64,000 bases of DNA from Callorhinchus milii. Taxonomy: Eukaryota. The DNA lies in NCBI RefSeq assembly GCF_018977255.1, contig NW_024705047.1, positions 1 to 64,000 on the forward strand, read 5' to 3'. The notes under the pieces are model-generated. The model searched no databases. It worked only from the letters and a program-made list of their open reading frames with translations, and was not told the origin of the DNA. Positions 37,761-52,900 of this stretch are shown piece after piece (the first letter of the stretch is position 1; every line of letters starts with the position of its first letter). Made by a program: the position numbers and the translations under genes.

Positions 37761-37801
37761 CCCTGCCTTTGTCTTCGCAGCAGCGTAACAGGTTTACACA
37801 G

Positions 37802-37922
37802 CTAGATTTGAAGCTTTCGTGACTGCAAGGATTCATACTCTTAGTTCTTTCGGTAAAGTCACGTAGGTAAAAATGAAATTAAAATTAATAAATAATAAAT
37901 AAAAAATCACGACGTTTCGGAG
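37802..37922 (-). mobile_element. PLE pLTR arm (second subfamily) cut by an N gap
   Basis: ctagatttgaagctttcgtgactgca...aaatcacgacgtttcggag followed by N. Confidence 0.8.
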
Positions 37923-37952
37923 NNNNNNNNNNNNNNNNNNNNNNNNNNNNNN

Positions 37953-40900
37953 CAAAACTGTGACAGTCGATCCTGTCCTCAGGGTTAGTACCAGCTTGAA
38001 GCTAGGAGTACACTGGGGTGATGGCCATTATGCATACGATCGATGCGAAGCATCCAGAACCTGCTTAGCCCGTGGACCCTTGCACCACACACAAGAGAAT
38101 GTACCTGTTTGCTTTGCAAATCAATGTCTATGTAAGGAAAGGGAGTCAGCCGATTTTTGGTGCGACCTCACGACTTGGAGCCTTGCCTCAGATAAACCGA
38201 AGTGCTGGTAGATGGGCACAGAGTTCTCTGGCACGGCATACCGGGAGGAAGTCCAGAGGGGAAAAGCCATAGGTAAGCCAAGCAGAAAGCCTTCGGTATA
38301 GCTGGAGTCGGTCATGCTGCCATTATAAGATCCAATTGAAGGGTGCGTCATCTCGTAGTGCTATTATTATATTTGCAAAGGCGAGAAAGGGTAGTCTCGA
38401 CCCAGCGGTGTATGAGTGTGCTCGAACATCGGGGAGTGGATGCTCGCAGGCGAATAGAGTAACTGCGTTCTCTACTGACGCCAGTCAAATTTCCGCGATA
38501 ATGGATTTCCATTCCTATAAAAGCGCCGGGTCGGAACAGCTAGGTTCGTGAGGGCAACTCCTACAGACCGCCGTGGCTTATAAGAAGAGACGACTCTCGA
38601 GGTGCTGAAGTAAATTGCGCCGCCTGCTGCGAAGGGGCCCACCTCATAATCCGTTTCGATTCAAGGAAGTTGGGGCGCATAAAAGCGGCTAATCCGCTAC
38701 GTGTGTCATAGAGCTTGACCTCTTCATACTGCGGTACAATGATTGGGTATATTGTGTCAGACGATCAATTTATGTGTCTGAAGTTCTATTGAACACTCTA
38801 TCCTCTTAAAGGGTGACAGAAAGAGTGTATACTTAATTTCCTATGCTTTTTGGGGTGAAGCAATTACCGGTGTGCCAAGATGGCATTCACGTTTACATAC
38901 CGACGCTTGTCCGCTGTGATGGTGTTTTCTAAATAGTCGATGCTCTGCGAGATTCGTTGACCGGTCGTCACTTATGATATGGAACCATAAACAAGGATAG
39001 AACTGTTCCGATCACCACGCGTGGTAAACCGTATGTCACACGCCTTGTATCAGCCAGTTGCAGGAGGAACGACCGACGTAGATCAAATGAGGTTGTGCGA
39101 CCAGGTAGCGCAGCTGTGCGGGGCAACAGGCACCGTTTTCAGTCATCTTCATGTCACAGTCGCTAGCACCCAGGATGAGCGAGGACAAATATGCAAGATT
39201 GAAGGTCTGCCCAACTAGGTCCGTACACACTCATGCCGAAACTTTAACGCTTGATACCATACATGTAATACCATTCCAAGAGGGTATGACAGCGGAAGAC
39301 AAGATGACTCGCGCACTGAAATATCATGCTTTGTCCTTACTTAAGGGCACGGGGTGTTATAATAACTGCCAAGGGCTTCGGGAGTCCGATTTGCTTCTAA
39401 GTTACGTGCGCGTACCTGGGCCCGCGATTTTGACCTGGGGTTGAGACAACGGTTTTCACGCGACCACAAGCCTGTTGTTTTGCCTATTCAAACATATCGG
39501 TCAGCGGAGCACTCTTGTGTTCACCATAATGGCTCCCTCCGTGTGTAGGACGCGGACTTCATGACTAGAAACTAATGGGCGCTAAAACGTTCCGGGCACG
39601 GGTTCATATAACACACGAGATTTCCTGATATTTCTGGGATACCGTACACACGTTATACGCCACGAATGAGCCGGAAGATGTATCTACTCCGCAAGATTCA
39701 AAGAGAGATCTCGAAAGTTGTGGCGGAATGAGCTTTTCCGTATTTGGGGCACGAGCGTTTCTGTCAGGAATCCAGGTTTTGGAGTGACGAGAGGGAGTCA
39801 CCATAACGTTCTAGGTGCTATACGACACCGGGCTAACTAGAGGGCCGTCGACGCTATGGGATGTCGACTCTCGCCGTAGAAATAGTAAAATAGGGGAAAG
39901 CAGATCTCGGTCTTAACAAGTACGCTGGAACCTGACCGCCAGGTAGCAGGGGGTTGTGTATCTGCACGGAAGGAGAGCTCCAAGCACATTGGGGGGAGGA
40001 ATACCAACCGTCGGCATAGAGAGAGTCACCTTTTGTACAAAACAACTTTCACGCCTCGTTAATCTGCTTAATAACGTTCTCCACCTCGACCCGCAGATTG
40101 TTCATTAATTCGGATGTGAGTCCATCACTGTTGTACCCTCAAGTAGTGACGTCGTTATGGTGTGGTCCTACCCATCGTTTGACTCTAATGTTTTGGCTCA
40201 GGTCATAGTCTTCGTCACGACCGTCACGATCTCACAACATACATGGCACTTGGATTCTGTGGCACATGATCGACTGAGGGCCCGTCCACGCAACGGTACC
40301 TAATCATTACCCCCTATAGCTAAAAGGTAGCATGTAGAGTTAGACATCAACCTCCCCTAAGTCGCTTTCTCTGAATAGGCAATAAATTATACAGGGAGCA
40401 AGTGGGGATTGACTGGCCTCAGCGTACCGTGTCTTAGAGAAGCCCGCCTTTGATCGCATGGGTATTAATATAATGAGCGCCAATGCCCAGCTCACTCCAT
40501 CTCGCATACCATTATCCACACCAATTAGGATACTCCAAAGTTCCCGCGTAAATATTCTCCATTTCCCCAACACAACGGAATTTGGCTTCTCCTTCCTGAA
40601 GTCCAGAGCTACATACTGTTTTCTTGGCTTAGAGTCAGTTACGGGTGAGGAATTGCTAGCAAGTCCCGATGTCATATGTCTGCAGCTTTTACGTGCCGCG
40701 GAAATTTCAGGTAGTTTCTTCTTTTTCAACCCTATCATTCTTCAGCCCAATCTGCCTAGGGATGACGAGGGCCTGGGCGATAACAAGTCCCTTTACACGC
40801 GCATACCAGCGGACCCGACTTGAGCGAATCCGGGGAGTGAGCTGTCAGGCTTCACTGCGCTCTCTATGTTAACATTATAGCCTTACCTGCGGATTTCCAC

Positions 40901-43900
40901 GAACACATTCACGTGTGAGATGCAGATCAAATGTTACCAGCCAAGCAACACAGGGCGGCGTCTGTGCGTCTCTCTGGTGAGTGATCAATCCAGATCGCTT
41001 CGCCGCAGGCACAACCAGGATCACGTATTCCCGCATTAGGCTCGGCCCGTTTTGTGCTCACGTAGGTCCATCTTGCCGCATCCACGGAGCCCTGAACTGC
41101 ATCCTTAGCGGAATGGATGTATTCCATTAGACCTGGGTGGCGGCTCCGGGGCTGACAGGGTCGCTCTTTGTTATAAAGCTCACTATTTGTCAATATGCAA
41201 GACAGGTATAACCGGCCGCGAACAAGGTCTGAAGCCGCAGGGGTTCATCCTCAGATCCCGAAGGAGAGGGGACGAGGGTAACTTGATTATACATGACTAA
41301 GTTATCCCAATCTGGTCTCGTCTCCTACATCCAGAAATGGAAATCACCGACTCGTTTACATTTCACTATAGAAGCTGTAGGCCGCAGATCTCTTTGAGCC
41401 TGGTTAAAACAAACGGGAGTCCACTCTGGAATTCACCCCCTCCGACCCACGTCTTAACACGTCGTTGTTGAGACTCCGTTTCGCTCTCCAGCAGTTCTTT
41501 TATAGCCAGGGCGCTTCGTGCACCGTAGGCCAGGCTTGTGTTGGAAGTTAGGAACAATGTTCCGTCTCCATATCAGGGGTTACCGGGCCGCAATTTCGAA
41601 CGAGACGGAGGAGTTTGTGGCTAAACCGGAAACTAATTAGAACTATTTGACTAACTCTAAACCCGAGTTTTGATCTGTGCACTGAAGTTCTTTGTCTCCG
41701 AATAGTTTCTCGTGTTTCAGGTGTCGAGATCTCCATGTCAAGACCAAGAGACCACTTGTTAACTGTGAGCAATAGTCGAAAGCCTCAGACAAAAATGTTT
41801 TTGAGGGGTTACGGCGAGACCACGTCGTAGAGCTCAAGATACGCCAATAGAAGTATCGGGACGAAGGCGACATAAAAGGAAGGCAGCGCAATATGTGTAA
41901 TCGATGAGCTCGACAGTCTAAGTAACACGTGTGCCCCAGTTCCGGAGCCGCGGATTAGAAAGAAGGAGTTGCTCTAGCGTAAGGCATACGCGAATGCGCG
42001 GTCACCGACGTGTGTGATTCTACTTGGAGATTCCCCAGCGTAGATCACCACTTATGCACCTTGCCATATACTGGCTTACTGGAGTATCCCGTGTAGCAGC
42101 GGAATCGGATGGCTTGCTCGCGGCTTAGTGTTTTTACTTAATCGTCCGGATCTAAATAGCCGCGCCGAAGGATACTACATATCACAACCTGTTAACACAT
42201 GTGTCTCCCTGCTCTGGGAAAACCTCCGAACTTGCTGGTGCTAGATATATGCCCAGCGGACTGATTCGGCCCGAAGACTTACAACTCTTAGCCATGAGCA
42301 GCTTCCCGACTGACCTTGCACCTATCCTCCTTTCTTCCTAGCGGACAGCGGGCCGCGGTGTTGCCCGCTTAACAGGTGCAAGCAAACTAAGGCCGCCAAA
42401 CTGTGCATACACGAAGACGTACACCAACCTAGCAAGGCCGATGCGGATGAAATTTTACGAGGTATCAGGCCGCCCGAAGCCAAAAAAACAATTTGTGCGA
42501 AGCGGGTAACCAAGCTTTTTGTCTGCAGCGCCCCGTACCGAAACACCTCCCCTATGTAGGAATGCCCGCAATTTGTATCAGGCGGATTAGGATCTTGGAC
42601 ATAACCCGCATTCGACGACCTTAAATCCCTGCTGGCGACGGGTAACGCATGCAGGTTCGCAGGAGCTTCGCAACTAACCCCCTGCTAAACTACCCCGAAG
42701 GATCGCGACGAGTCATACGTACTTCCGAGTCTCCGCGCAAGTGCCAGGGACCTGCCTTGGTCGAGAAATCTTCGATTTCGAAGAGCTACTACACCCAGCA
42801 CTGACGGTTCTAGCGTCCAGGAACCTGGCTCAATTGGAGTAGACCAAAGACTACTTCTGAGTGAAACTCTAGTGGGCCCGCACACCCACTTCGTCGCTCG
42901 CATCCTGGGTAGACACGCAAGAAGAAACAGCTAAATGTTAATGCCATGGATCGACTAGGCCTAGCATCTAACTCTTTATGTCTTGACAGAGAACTCCCTC
43001 GGACAGTGGGGTGCTTGGATCGTGCCAGGCTTCCGTAGGCTACGTATCCTGGGTCCTGTTATTGGCATCATCCAAATCGGTAGTGACCCTGCGTGCACGC
43101 ACCTGGAAGTCCACCAGTCGGCTTTGCGTTAGAACGTGTCGCTGCGGTGATGGGCAAAAAGAGGCCGTAAATACTTCCCCAGAGTGGGCAGTCGCTCGAC
43201 AAACCTAAAACCGAGGTAATGCCTGAGGAGGTTCCATGCTAATAAGAGCGATGAAGCATAAAATTGTTGTAGTGGACGAAAATTTCTAAGAGTAAAGTCA
43301 TACCGATATTGCCGGCACTTGTTCGAAGGAAAAACTAATCCGATAACTGAGATCGCACAAGGGTTAGGTCTTCATTCTACTGGCTTTAAGGTGCAAGTGC
43401 TGGCCCTTCCAGAGAGTGTATCAAACACCTGACCGCCCCCCATCATTGTAATCTTGAGCATATCTTAACACTTGATCTTCATAAGAGAACCTTCAAACAC
43501 CAATAGGACTTACACATGTTTGTTACATATGACGCAGATTTGGCCGCGCTTTTGGACCGGATTTCGCGCAGCTTATAATCAATCCACCTGGTAGAACCGT
43601 TTCAGCCGCAAAAGTTGGTGCTTCAATTATAAATATGACTCGTATCGTCAAGATGGATGAACGCCCATAGGGTTGCGAGTAATTTCCGGCATGCCCATAC
43701 ATTGCATTGCTGTCCGTTTACGCAAACCGCACAGAACGTCTACCCCGTTTAGGCCGAGAGCTGAAACCGTTGCATAATGGTTTCTGCCGTGGGGAGGCGG
43801 GATAAATACCTAATCCCCACTCAACTCCCGAGCAACGCAGTGAAAGAGCACCGCGGCACTCCAAGTCCTCGTCTGTCTGCCGAGCGCCACACGATGAGCG

Positions 43901-46900
43901 GCACCTGTGCCCAGGTGTCGCCATCTATAGACGCAGCCTTGAGGTCGTCTCGGTGGTTTCGCTAAAGCGATCTAAACGAGATTGGCAACAGCAAACGCTT
44001 CAGTGTTCATTGAACCCTTATTTTTAGGAGACAAGGCGGAATTCCACAAGCTCCAGAATCGAGAACCACGGATTCCTTAGGCCAATTCATTGCCGTGTAC
44101 CGACGTAAGGACATGTCGCCGCAATGAAATAAGCATCACCACGTTTACATCCTTGCGAGGTTTTACGCCTTATGTAAGGCGCCTTATAAAATACATTAGC
44201 AATCCAGCACATGAAATGACGCCCTGATGTGCAGGCTAATCTGCGGGAATAATCGAGATTAACAGTCGCAAGAATACCTGCAGATGCCTTAACACTAGCA
44301 CCAAGTAGTTTAATATAATTATCCAGCTCGGTGCGCTTGGTCATGTTCACTCGGTTTAAGTATAGTCTGTAATGGAATGCCAACTTTGTCGCAGTCGTGC
44401 CCTATCCTGCTCCCAAGAAAGTATTTATGTGAAGTTCTCACAGAAGGACCAGTACGCACAACACCATTATAGCATCGGTACTAAGACATGGCTTTCCAGA
44501 TCATCAGGAACCGCTCTTAGAGCCAAGTGTCACCTAGAATGCTACATGATATGATCGGGTACAGTGTCGAGGGATCTTATTGGAAATGTGTAAACCTTAT
44601 CGAGCAACCATCTTTCACAAACGTGGAGTACTAGTTCGAAATTAGTCCGCATAGACTGCATCCCTCGACGTTGCTGACTGGTAGGTTTACGGGAGTACTG
44701 AGTCAAAATGTATGCTTCCACCTGACACACAGTCCGTTCTCCATATCCCCTGTACTGTTAAAGCCAAGCCATTGTAGACGACTGCCTCCAAGGTTAATGA
44801 ATCAGTTAGTTGCGCGAAGTGCTTTGCTTGGCTCCGCAAGTAAGGGTCTGACGATTTTGTGACAACTTCATTTAGTAGTAGAGATTCAAGCAAAGACGTT
44901 CAAATTCAACGCAAGTGGGGCGACATTTTTACCGCGAAGAACTACGTAATGTCCTTGATCGCATTGGATTAACTAGGCAAAACGTGTACTCGCGTGCTTA
45001 CAGCCAATCAGCACTTACATGGCCTCCCGAGCAAACGGGGGACATAAATACTCCTATGGCCTATAAGGTAAGACGCATGATTATACTTGGTCCTTCGGTT
45101 ATTCCGTGTCTCTACAAACAAACAGTATTTGTGGGATAACGACCGCTAGGGAGACAAACACTGAAGGGCCTGGAGAACCGATCCCGTCCTACCATAAACA
45201 CTAAGCACAGGATCGCACGATAAAACGCATCCTGGCTACGGGCCGGACGCAAGTCCGCTAGGATGGACAACATGGAGCTTCGTACCTTCCCGGAGGGTAG
45301 AAAGCAGACAGATGCTCGGATACGTGGGGCGTAACTACCACAGTCAGATTCCCCGCTCTCTGTGTTATATACGATCCTTGCATTGCAATTACCCAAAAGC
45401 GTCCCTGGGCGAGATCTTAACGAATTACCTCGGCTAAGTCATGCCGTAACGACTTACTGATGCGCTGCGTAGAAGAGACGAACAATCTGGTCTCAGTGTA
45501 TACTCCTCCTGGTAGCTCAAGTGCGAAAGTCTTAGCCAGAATGGCGTCCCCTCGGGTCGCGGACATACGTCCGATGTAAGAGGGTGGTTCTAGCCCGCGT
45601 TTGCCTAAGCGCACCGGCGTTGCTACCTACATCTACAAACTGAGCTAGGTTCTGAAATAGAATCTTGCCTGGCCAGTGGAACAGTTTAGGACTCAAGCCG
45701 GCCCCGAATAGCGCCATTCGTGATGCTAAGCCCGCAGAACGCGCGATTGGGCGTAACTTTTACGTTCTCCATTCTGTACGAATAGGAAGTCGGTTTATGT
45801 TAGATTGGTCTCGTAGGCATGTGTAGTAGAATCCCTAGCACGACCCCTTTCTCTCGTAGTGTCGGAATTAATGATCCACGCTTTGATAAGGCCCCTGGCG
45901 CCCGTCTGAGTGAATTTTCGCAAGTTAAACGTATTATAAAACTACTCGTCTAAGAAACGGCTTTGAGTCTGCACTGGGGTGTATGAGCAAGCAGACCGAC
46001 TATTATATACGAACATATGCGGGACTATCGGAAAACTGACCATGGTGGGACAGTGGGACAGCCTATGTACATGCCTATCGAAAGCCTCTGTATTGGCTTC
46101 ATACATATAAGGTGCAATTTTGAGATCAACATTCAACCCAAAGCGCTTAATGCGCCATCATACTGCACCTTTCAATTCATAGCTTACGAGAGGCTATACA
46201 AATGAGGTGGTACGAAGCATCTGAATTGCTTGACCTGCCAGAATTATCCATAAATGCGTTGGGTCCAAAACATTAGTGGGAGACCGTTGGTTTGGCACTT
46301 TGCGGTGACGTACTCACTTTTTGGCGACGCCATTTTAGATTTCGAACTACGTGCTCAGGACAGAATGGATTGACCATTATCCAGATGTGGTTTGACGCCC
46401 CAAAGGTGCGGATGGAGTCACTAGCGACGTAATCATCTCTAGCGACCAAGTGCGGGGACTTAAGGCTGCTCAAGCGGGACCGCGTCATGGCTTGAGGCAC
46501 GGAGTGAGCGCAGTAAGTAACTATGATATTCCCCTTTGCAACGTGGCATCACGGACCAGCAGTACGGGCCGTCAACATAAACTAGTGGCCGCCCCCGCGG
46601 GCGCTCATGAATCGTTTAACCTATCGCGCTGGCCGTATAATGCACACCAGCAACTTATAGATCTCGTCTCCGTTTATAGGGTAAGCGGGAGTCTCGCGCT
46701 TTTAGCACACGCAATACGAGTACTCATTAACTCAATTTTATATCTTTTTGTGTAATTAGCGTTCCTCTAGGCGAGCCCGTCCGGGGTTCGCCCTGCTCCC
46801 AGACCTTAACTAGTTCGGGCGCCTGCATTAATTGGCTGGTATACGAGAGGACCTCAGATCCGTTTTCTCATTCAACAACTTGACGCCGGGCGGCCGTATG

Positions 46901-49900
46901 GTCCCCCCAGGATCCGCATTTAGGGGCTTGTGGTTAGCCGTCAAACTAATTTCGTACCGAACGCGCATGTATTAAACAGAAGGACCGATCACATAACCAG
47001 TAGTAAATAGCTGGGTGATAGGTCCTTGCTTAGCGCCAACACGCTGCTCTACAGCTTTTTTCGATCCCTGAGGAGCTATAGTACTGGAGCGCTGGCGTGT
47101 AGAGGTAAATAGAAGGGTGGCTCGCAGGGACGAATGTGGAAGAGATCCACGCCAAAATTTAGATCGTGCTATGAACCTGCCAACTTTCACTCAGAAGCCT
47201 CGACCCGTTCGTCCCCACCAATTCAAGCTTAAACAGATCAGATTTAAGAATCGACAGCGCAAGCGGAGTGATTGAGCAGGTGTGAACCATGTGTCGTATA
47301 ACCACTAACGCGTAAGAAGCTGGCGCCCCCAATGTGGTTACCACATGCGATGAATTCAATTCAACGTCCTTGGTTCCCTCTTTACCCTTGCAGCGAAACA
47401 GTGAGGCGCTTACGACAGGTCGCTTGCGCATATTCGACCCCGGATCAAGTGAGTGAAGCAACTTTAAAAGTGTTACGAGACTAAGGTTCACGGCGCAGTA
47501 CGAGGCTCACGGTTTTAAATGGTATCCCTTCTATTTATGCGGACCGATCCTCGCGAGGACCACCTAAGCACGACCCACTTTATTATAAGTCACGTTGCTT
47601 TTATCCTCAACATCCACCCTTGTAGTATTCGTTGTACTGCCAAGACGGCTCATATATGTTTGTTGGTACTTTGCTTTGACTCCTACGTAATGCTAGAGGT
47701 GCTCAGACAGCGCAGCTTGATCACCGCTGAGAGGGACGCAAGGAAGACCCTTAAGTACTGTCGTCCCTCTACGGATGGGAAGCAAGGCTCTTGCAGACCC
47801 TATGGACATAGCCATCCTTAATGCGTGTCAACGTTCAGTTGTTGCACGTGCCTGTCGTTAAGGAACTCAGGAAATTGGCAAAAGGACCTGGTGGGGGCCC
47901 CCAAAATTGCGTAGTTCGGGTCCACGTAATATTGTATTGCTCGATAGGGGTCTCACCGACGTGTGGGCAGTTCTAGTTAAACGAGCTGCTCAAACCATAG
48001 ACACCCTTTAGCAAGTCATTTGTCGCCCCAGATAGCCAGAGCTCCCGGATATGTGGGGTGGAGGGCCAGTGTAGTCGAATCTATACTAAAGGGAGCGGGT
48101 TATGGGTTTTGTATGCCTTGAACTTCCGCATCTGACTAATCGCGACAATCCCACGGTGACTCGTACAGGTTTGCTGCGTCTACCTGGGAGAAGTTTTTAT
48201 ATCGGTCTTGAGTCAGGATGGATAAGGAAGCAGTTATTGATCAAATAGAGGCATAGCACCAAAACTCGTGGCGTAATAATAGCCTATCAAAGGAATCTCT
48301 ATAATATGCCACGTAATACCTTCCTCTTCTGAGCCTTGAACGCGCCGATAAAAGTATCAATCTACAGTAGAGGTGTTGTCGGTGTTTCGTATAGCCGACT
48401 GGGAGTCCAGGCATGAAAAAGGTCTTCACGAAACTTCCGCTGGACATTGAGGGTACACTGTGTTGCATACCTAACATGATGTCTCAGACTCAAGTATTTC
48501 GTTGGAGTATAGTCCAAGGTCGCTCAGGGCGGGTATATTTTAATTCCAGCCACGCTTGGTATTCCCTATCGTTAAGTTGCCTCCAACACGATGGAGAGGA
48601 ACGTACTGGTTAGGGAATACACGTGGCACGAACAAACACGCGCACCTTGCTGAACCTTTGACAATTCCGGCGTTTTGATACACTGAGGAATCGTAAAATG
48701 GTCCGTCACTAGCTTGGAACAAGTATTAGAATAAGAGGCAGCGTTTATCTGGTAGAGACGACCATATCGCCTTTGCATAAAAGTTTCATCACGTCAGCGT
48801 TTCTTATGAGGTCGTCTTCGTTGGCAACCGACCATCGCCGGCAAATACACACTCGAATTCTAGACGTAGTACAGAGTCGACCACAGGTCTGATGTTGGGC
48901 GCCATGTTCCGACGAAAGATATGTAGTATTCCGCATAGGCCTTGCACTACTGTCGAAACCTAATCATTGGCAAAACCTTAAATGGACGATGAGGAATGCT
49001 TAATTGGGTTGTCAAACATCTTTAAGGCATTAGGGGGTCTGGCTCATCCCAGTGTAATATTGAGCTGAGTCCTAAGCCCCGAATAAGTTATTTTGACGGT
49101 TTTCTTTTTGGGGGTGGCTGCATCGTACACGGCTTTCATCCCGTTTAGTAGGCGCTCTGCAATAAAAAAGATCACCAGTTCTCCGCACAAACAAACGTTA
49201 TCTACATAATGTACCTCTACGTAAAGAAGCACCGTCCAATGTGAATGACCGCGGATGCCAGCTCACTAGTCCCTGCCACAGTAATATAGACCACCGGATA
49301 TTTCCCTGGACGCAAGTAGTTCCGTCCCCAGCTGAGAAAAGTCGTTCAAGCCATGGCTTTTCACGCTAAGCATAATCATGCATCAGCCTGCGTCATAGCC
49401 ATCGAAAAGGGCACTACACCCGAACTGCACCCCTTCCTACCAGTCCCGTTAAAATTGACCGAGGGTAGAGAGGGACTGGCGTACCGACTAAGAAAGTTAC
49501 GCTTGATTATAACCATTACACATGAAGTCTCATAAAAAGTCAATCAGGACCGTCGATCCCAGACGCTAAGTCATTGCCGATTGCCGGCACGTGTCCACAA
49601 TTTATCCTTCTACCTTCATTCCGAGATACGAAGGCACCCTCGCGTGAGACCACTATCCTATGTAGGTCCGGAATAGGCCAAATCAGAGTCAATTTTGGAC
49701 CGACGGATGGGCCTTAATAGTACTTTTTTGTAGACGACGAGTGCGAGCTCATAAAATGAGCGGGCTGAGGTTCCAAACCGGCCTACGCCTTATAAGCGGT
49801 TGCTACTAACCCGGCAATACGTTCACGAGCTCCAATCCGACGTAACCGCATCGCGGCGCGGCTGACGTTGCGCCCATGCCGTATCAGGCGGCAGATTCCA

Positions 49901-52900
49901 CCCATCCCTGCATTCTAAGTGGATGACTCTTAATGAATAGATCCCCGCTCGAGAACCTCCAGAAAATCTAGGTGAAAGTGGACGGCTTAGCATCGTCCAG
50001 ACAGAAAGAAACCTGGGAACAACATAGCTATCCTTGCACCTTTGAACTTGAAGGTGGAGGGGATGGCTAGGGGATATTAAAGGAAAGCATACGCAATGAT
50101 GACCGAGTCATATTTGGCCGGAATGAATAACGGTAATCTAATCAATATGTTAAAGAGTCGATGAAGTTCTTGTACTCAGGTGCGGTCCCTTTGACAATGC
50201 TTCGTCCACCTGAATTAGCCTCTGATTATAAATCCTCAGGTGTCGACGCGTGAGCTGTTGTAGTCGGAGCGACGCTTCGTACTATTGCGGAGACAAAACC
50301 CCCCAGGTCGATAGAGAGCTCCCACTTCGAGCGTTAAACATGATAGGCACTTACAAAAGTGAACGCCCGGTTCTCAGGTTGAGTACGGTGAGGTATATTG
50401 GCAACTTTCGTTCTCCGAAACTGAGACAAAGGGTTGTAGGAGCCGACGCTCTCACAGACGTAAACGTACCAAGCGATCATGTAAGTGCATAAGCAGCGTG
50501 ACCGACACAAAAAAAGTGTATTTATCACGTTCACTCTAAACGCATCAAGACGCGTGGTATCTTTCCGATCGTTGCATTTTAGAGCTGGTGTCGAAAGAGA
50601 ACCTGATGTTGGCGTGATCCCCGAAACGTACGATCTCGCCCGGTAAGGGCATGGCTTCTTCGCCAGCCCCCAACCGACGGCGGGGTACTCAGTCGATGCA
50701 TCGCGCCAGGCACGGCTAAAGGCCGCAACAATTGAACGAATAGCCGGGTGGCTGAGCTACAGAAAGGAAGGGTGGAGATGTGCTACAAAATCTCAGTTGC
50801 CACGTTGGTCTAGTCAAGTAGATATAACAACTTATTCAGGGATACGAAGATAGCGACCTAACAGAGAGGGGAAGGGTATTTGACAGAGTCATAAGGGACA
50901 CTCGATCCTCCTCAGCAGGCATACGGTACTGCTGCGGCCTTGTTCTTGCTGTTCCCAGGCGGACGACTGAACCGGCAACGGGCCCAGATCTATGGTTTAT
51001 CATATGAGACCATAACTATGTTGTTACAACGGTTATCTCTTGATGGCCGATACCTATAGCGTTTTTACCATAAAGTAATTCAACTAGCCCTGCATGGAAT
51101 CTATCCACTAATAATGATTTCACGCGTCTCAGTATAAAAACCGACTAGCGGAGTACGGTAAGGTCCGTTTCGATGCGGTACCAAGCGACTCGGACATGCT
51201 CACGCATCACGTGAAACGCTCCAAAAGTTCGCGCCATGCGACATAGAAGACCTGTTTCACTCTAACTATTTACACGCTTTCCCGTAAGCCGAAAGTGTTT
51301 CACTTGGGCGATGTAAGGTCAGGGTAAGATACGCGTTCACAGGTGCGTCGGGGATCCTTTATTAGGTCCGGTACCCCGCAAGACCCTGTTGACCAGAGAT
51401 TGCACGAGTCGCAGTTGACTCGTTTATTAATAGACGATCCGTCGCACTATAGGGCAAGTGGAGTACGAACCTTAGGAATTCCTAGAACCGGCGTTAAGAA
51501 CCTTCAAAAGTTGAAACCGTCCGGGAGACCTATTGATCAAAGGCGTAAAATCGGTAGTTATTTTGACTTTCGCCCCACTTCGACCCCCGGTTCATCCGCG
51601 GGTCGGAAGATGAAGCCGAATTCTTTTGTAACTCCAGGACGGAGCCTTGGATGACGGGCACTATTAACAGGCACCACGCAGTTTGGCCTACCAAAACCCG
51701 AGCTAGACGCCTCTGTAGCCAAGGTCTGTTGACTACCCATAACGAGAAAGTGTTTGGAATCGGTTACAGATCAGGCCATTACACTGACATCCATAAAGTG
51801 GACTTCGAACCAAAGCCCCGAGAGCTAGTTATTCCTGGCGGTTTGTGGTTTGTTACTCGCATAACGTGCTATCGGCGGATCGGATTGCTAACGGCAGCTG
51901 TCGGTCGTACCGTTCTGGATTTCCGTCGTCTCTGCTAGAATGGTCTCGGACTCCCCGAGCTGCGCATCCGATCGCGCAACGGCCATGCGAGGCTTTGATT
52001 CTATCGAATTCCGCCGGCCCTACATCTTATTGATGGCGAGAACCAGCTTAGGTTCGAATATCTGTCAGCTGGACTGAACTCAGCCCAGATTAATTTTAAA
52101 AAGGAAGCCGCTGGGTTCGCGTTGTAGAACTACCCCTATGCCCAGTGCCTGCCGTCGCGTCTTAGGATCCACGTAGGGAACGTTTCGGGAAAGCCCCATT
52201 TGCCCGCCTGATGCAAATAAGGACTAGGCCCACTCAAGGATTCGCGTGATTTCGGCCGTGCCTCGGCCGTCTATCTTACTCGTTACCCAAAACGGCTGTC
52301 CATCATTGGGCTGAACTCTGCGACGGGGGTGGTTTGTTACTTAGAAGGGCGAGCCTTATTATATAACGCACGCTAGATTGAAACATTTTATCGCAGACAG
52401 AATAGGACGCTCCCGACAACATATCAAACGAGTGTATGTACTGTAAAGGCGGATATGAGTGCGGTTGCGCGTCCGAGCGGGCTCTAGACGTCACAATGAA
52501 TCGAGGGTATTACTACGAACGGGTTTTCGGTCTGCTGGTACGCTTCCCTATCGTCTCACCTACCAGTCTGAAATTGTCGATTGATCCGATGCAGGTGTCC
52601 AGGTGTGCACGATAGTGTCACCGGGCCATGTTATCACATTGAAAATCTATCTCCACTAACTGGCTAAAGTCACCGTCATGGCACGAACACTTCCGCGAGT
52701 GTCGCTTAAGAACAACATTAAGGTACAATCTTCGCTATAACGAATGGACAAGGGGGAATTAGCCGGATAAAAACCCGGGGCTGGACAGCGCGGTAGAACC
52801 CACTGGTCGACTCTAATTGAGCCTACATCACGGGTCATGTACACTGAATCGCGATCGCTGCCGTACTATGGTGGAGCTTGAGCTCGTTTCCCAGATTAGT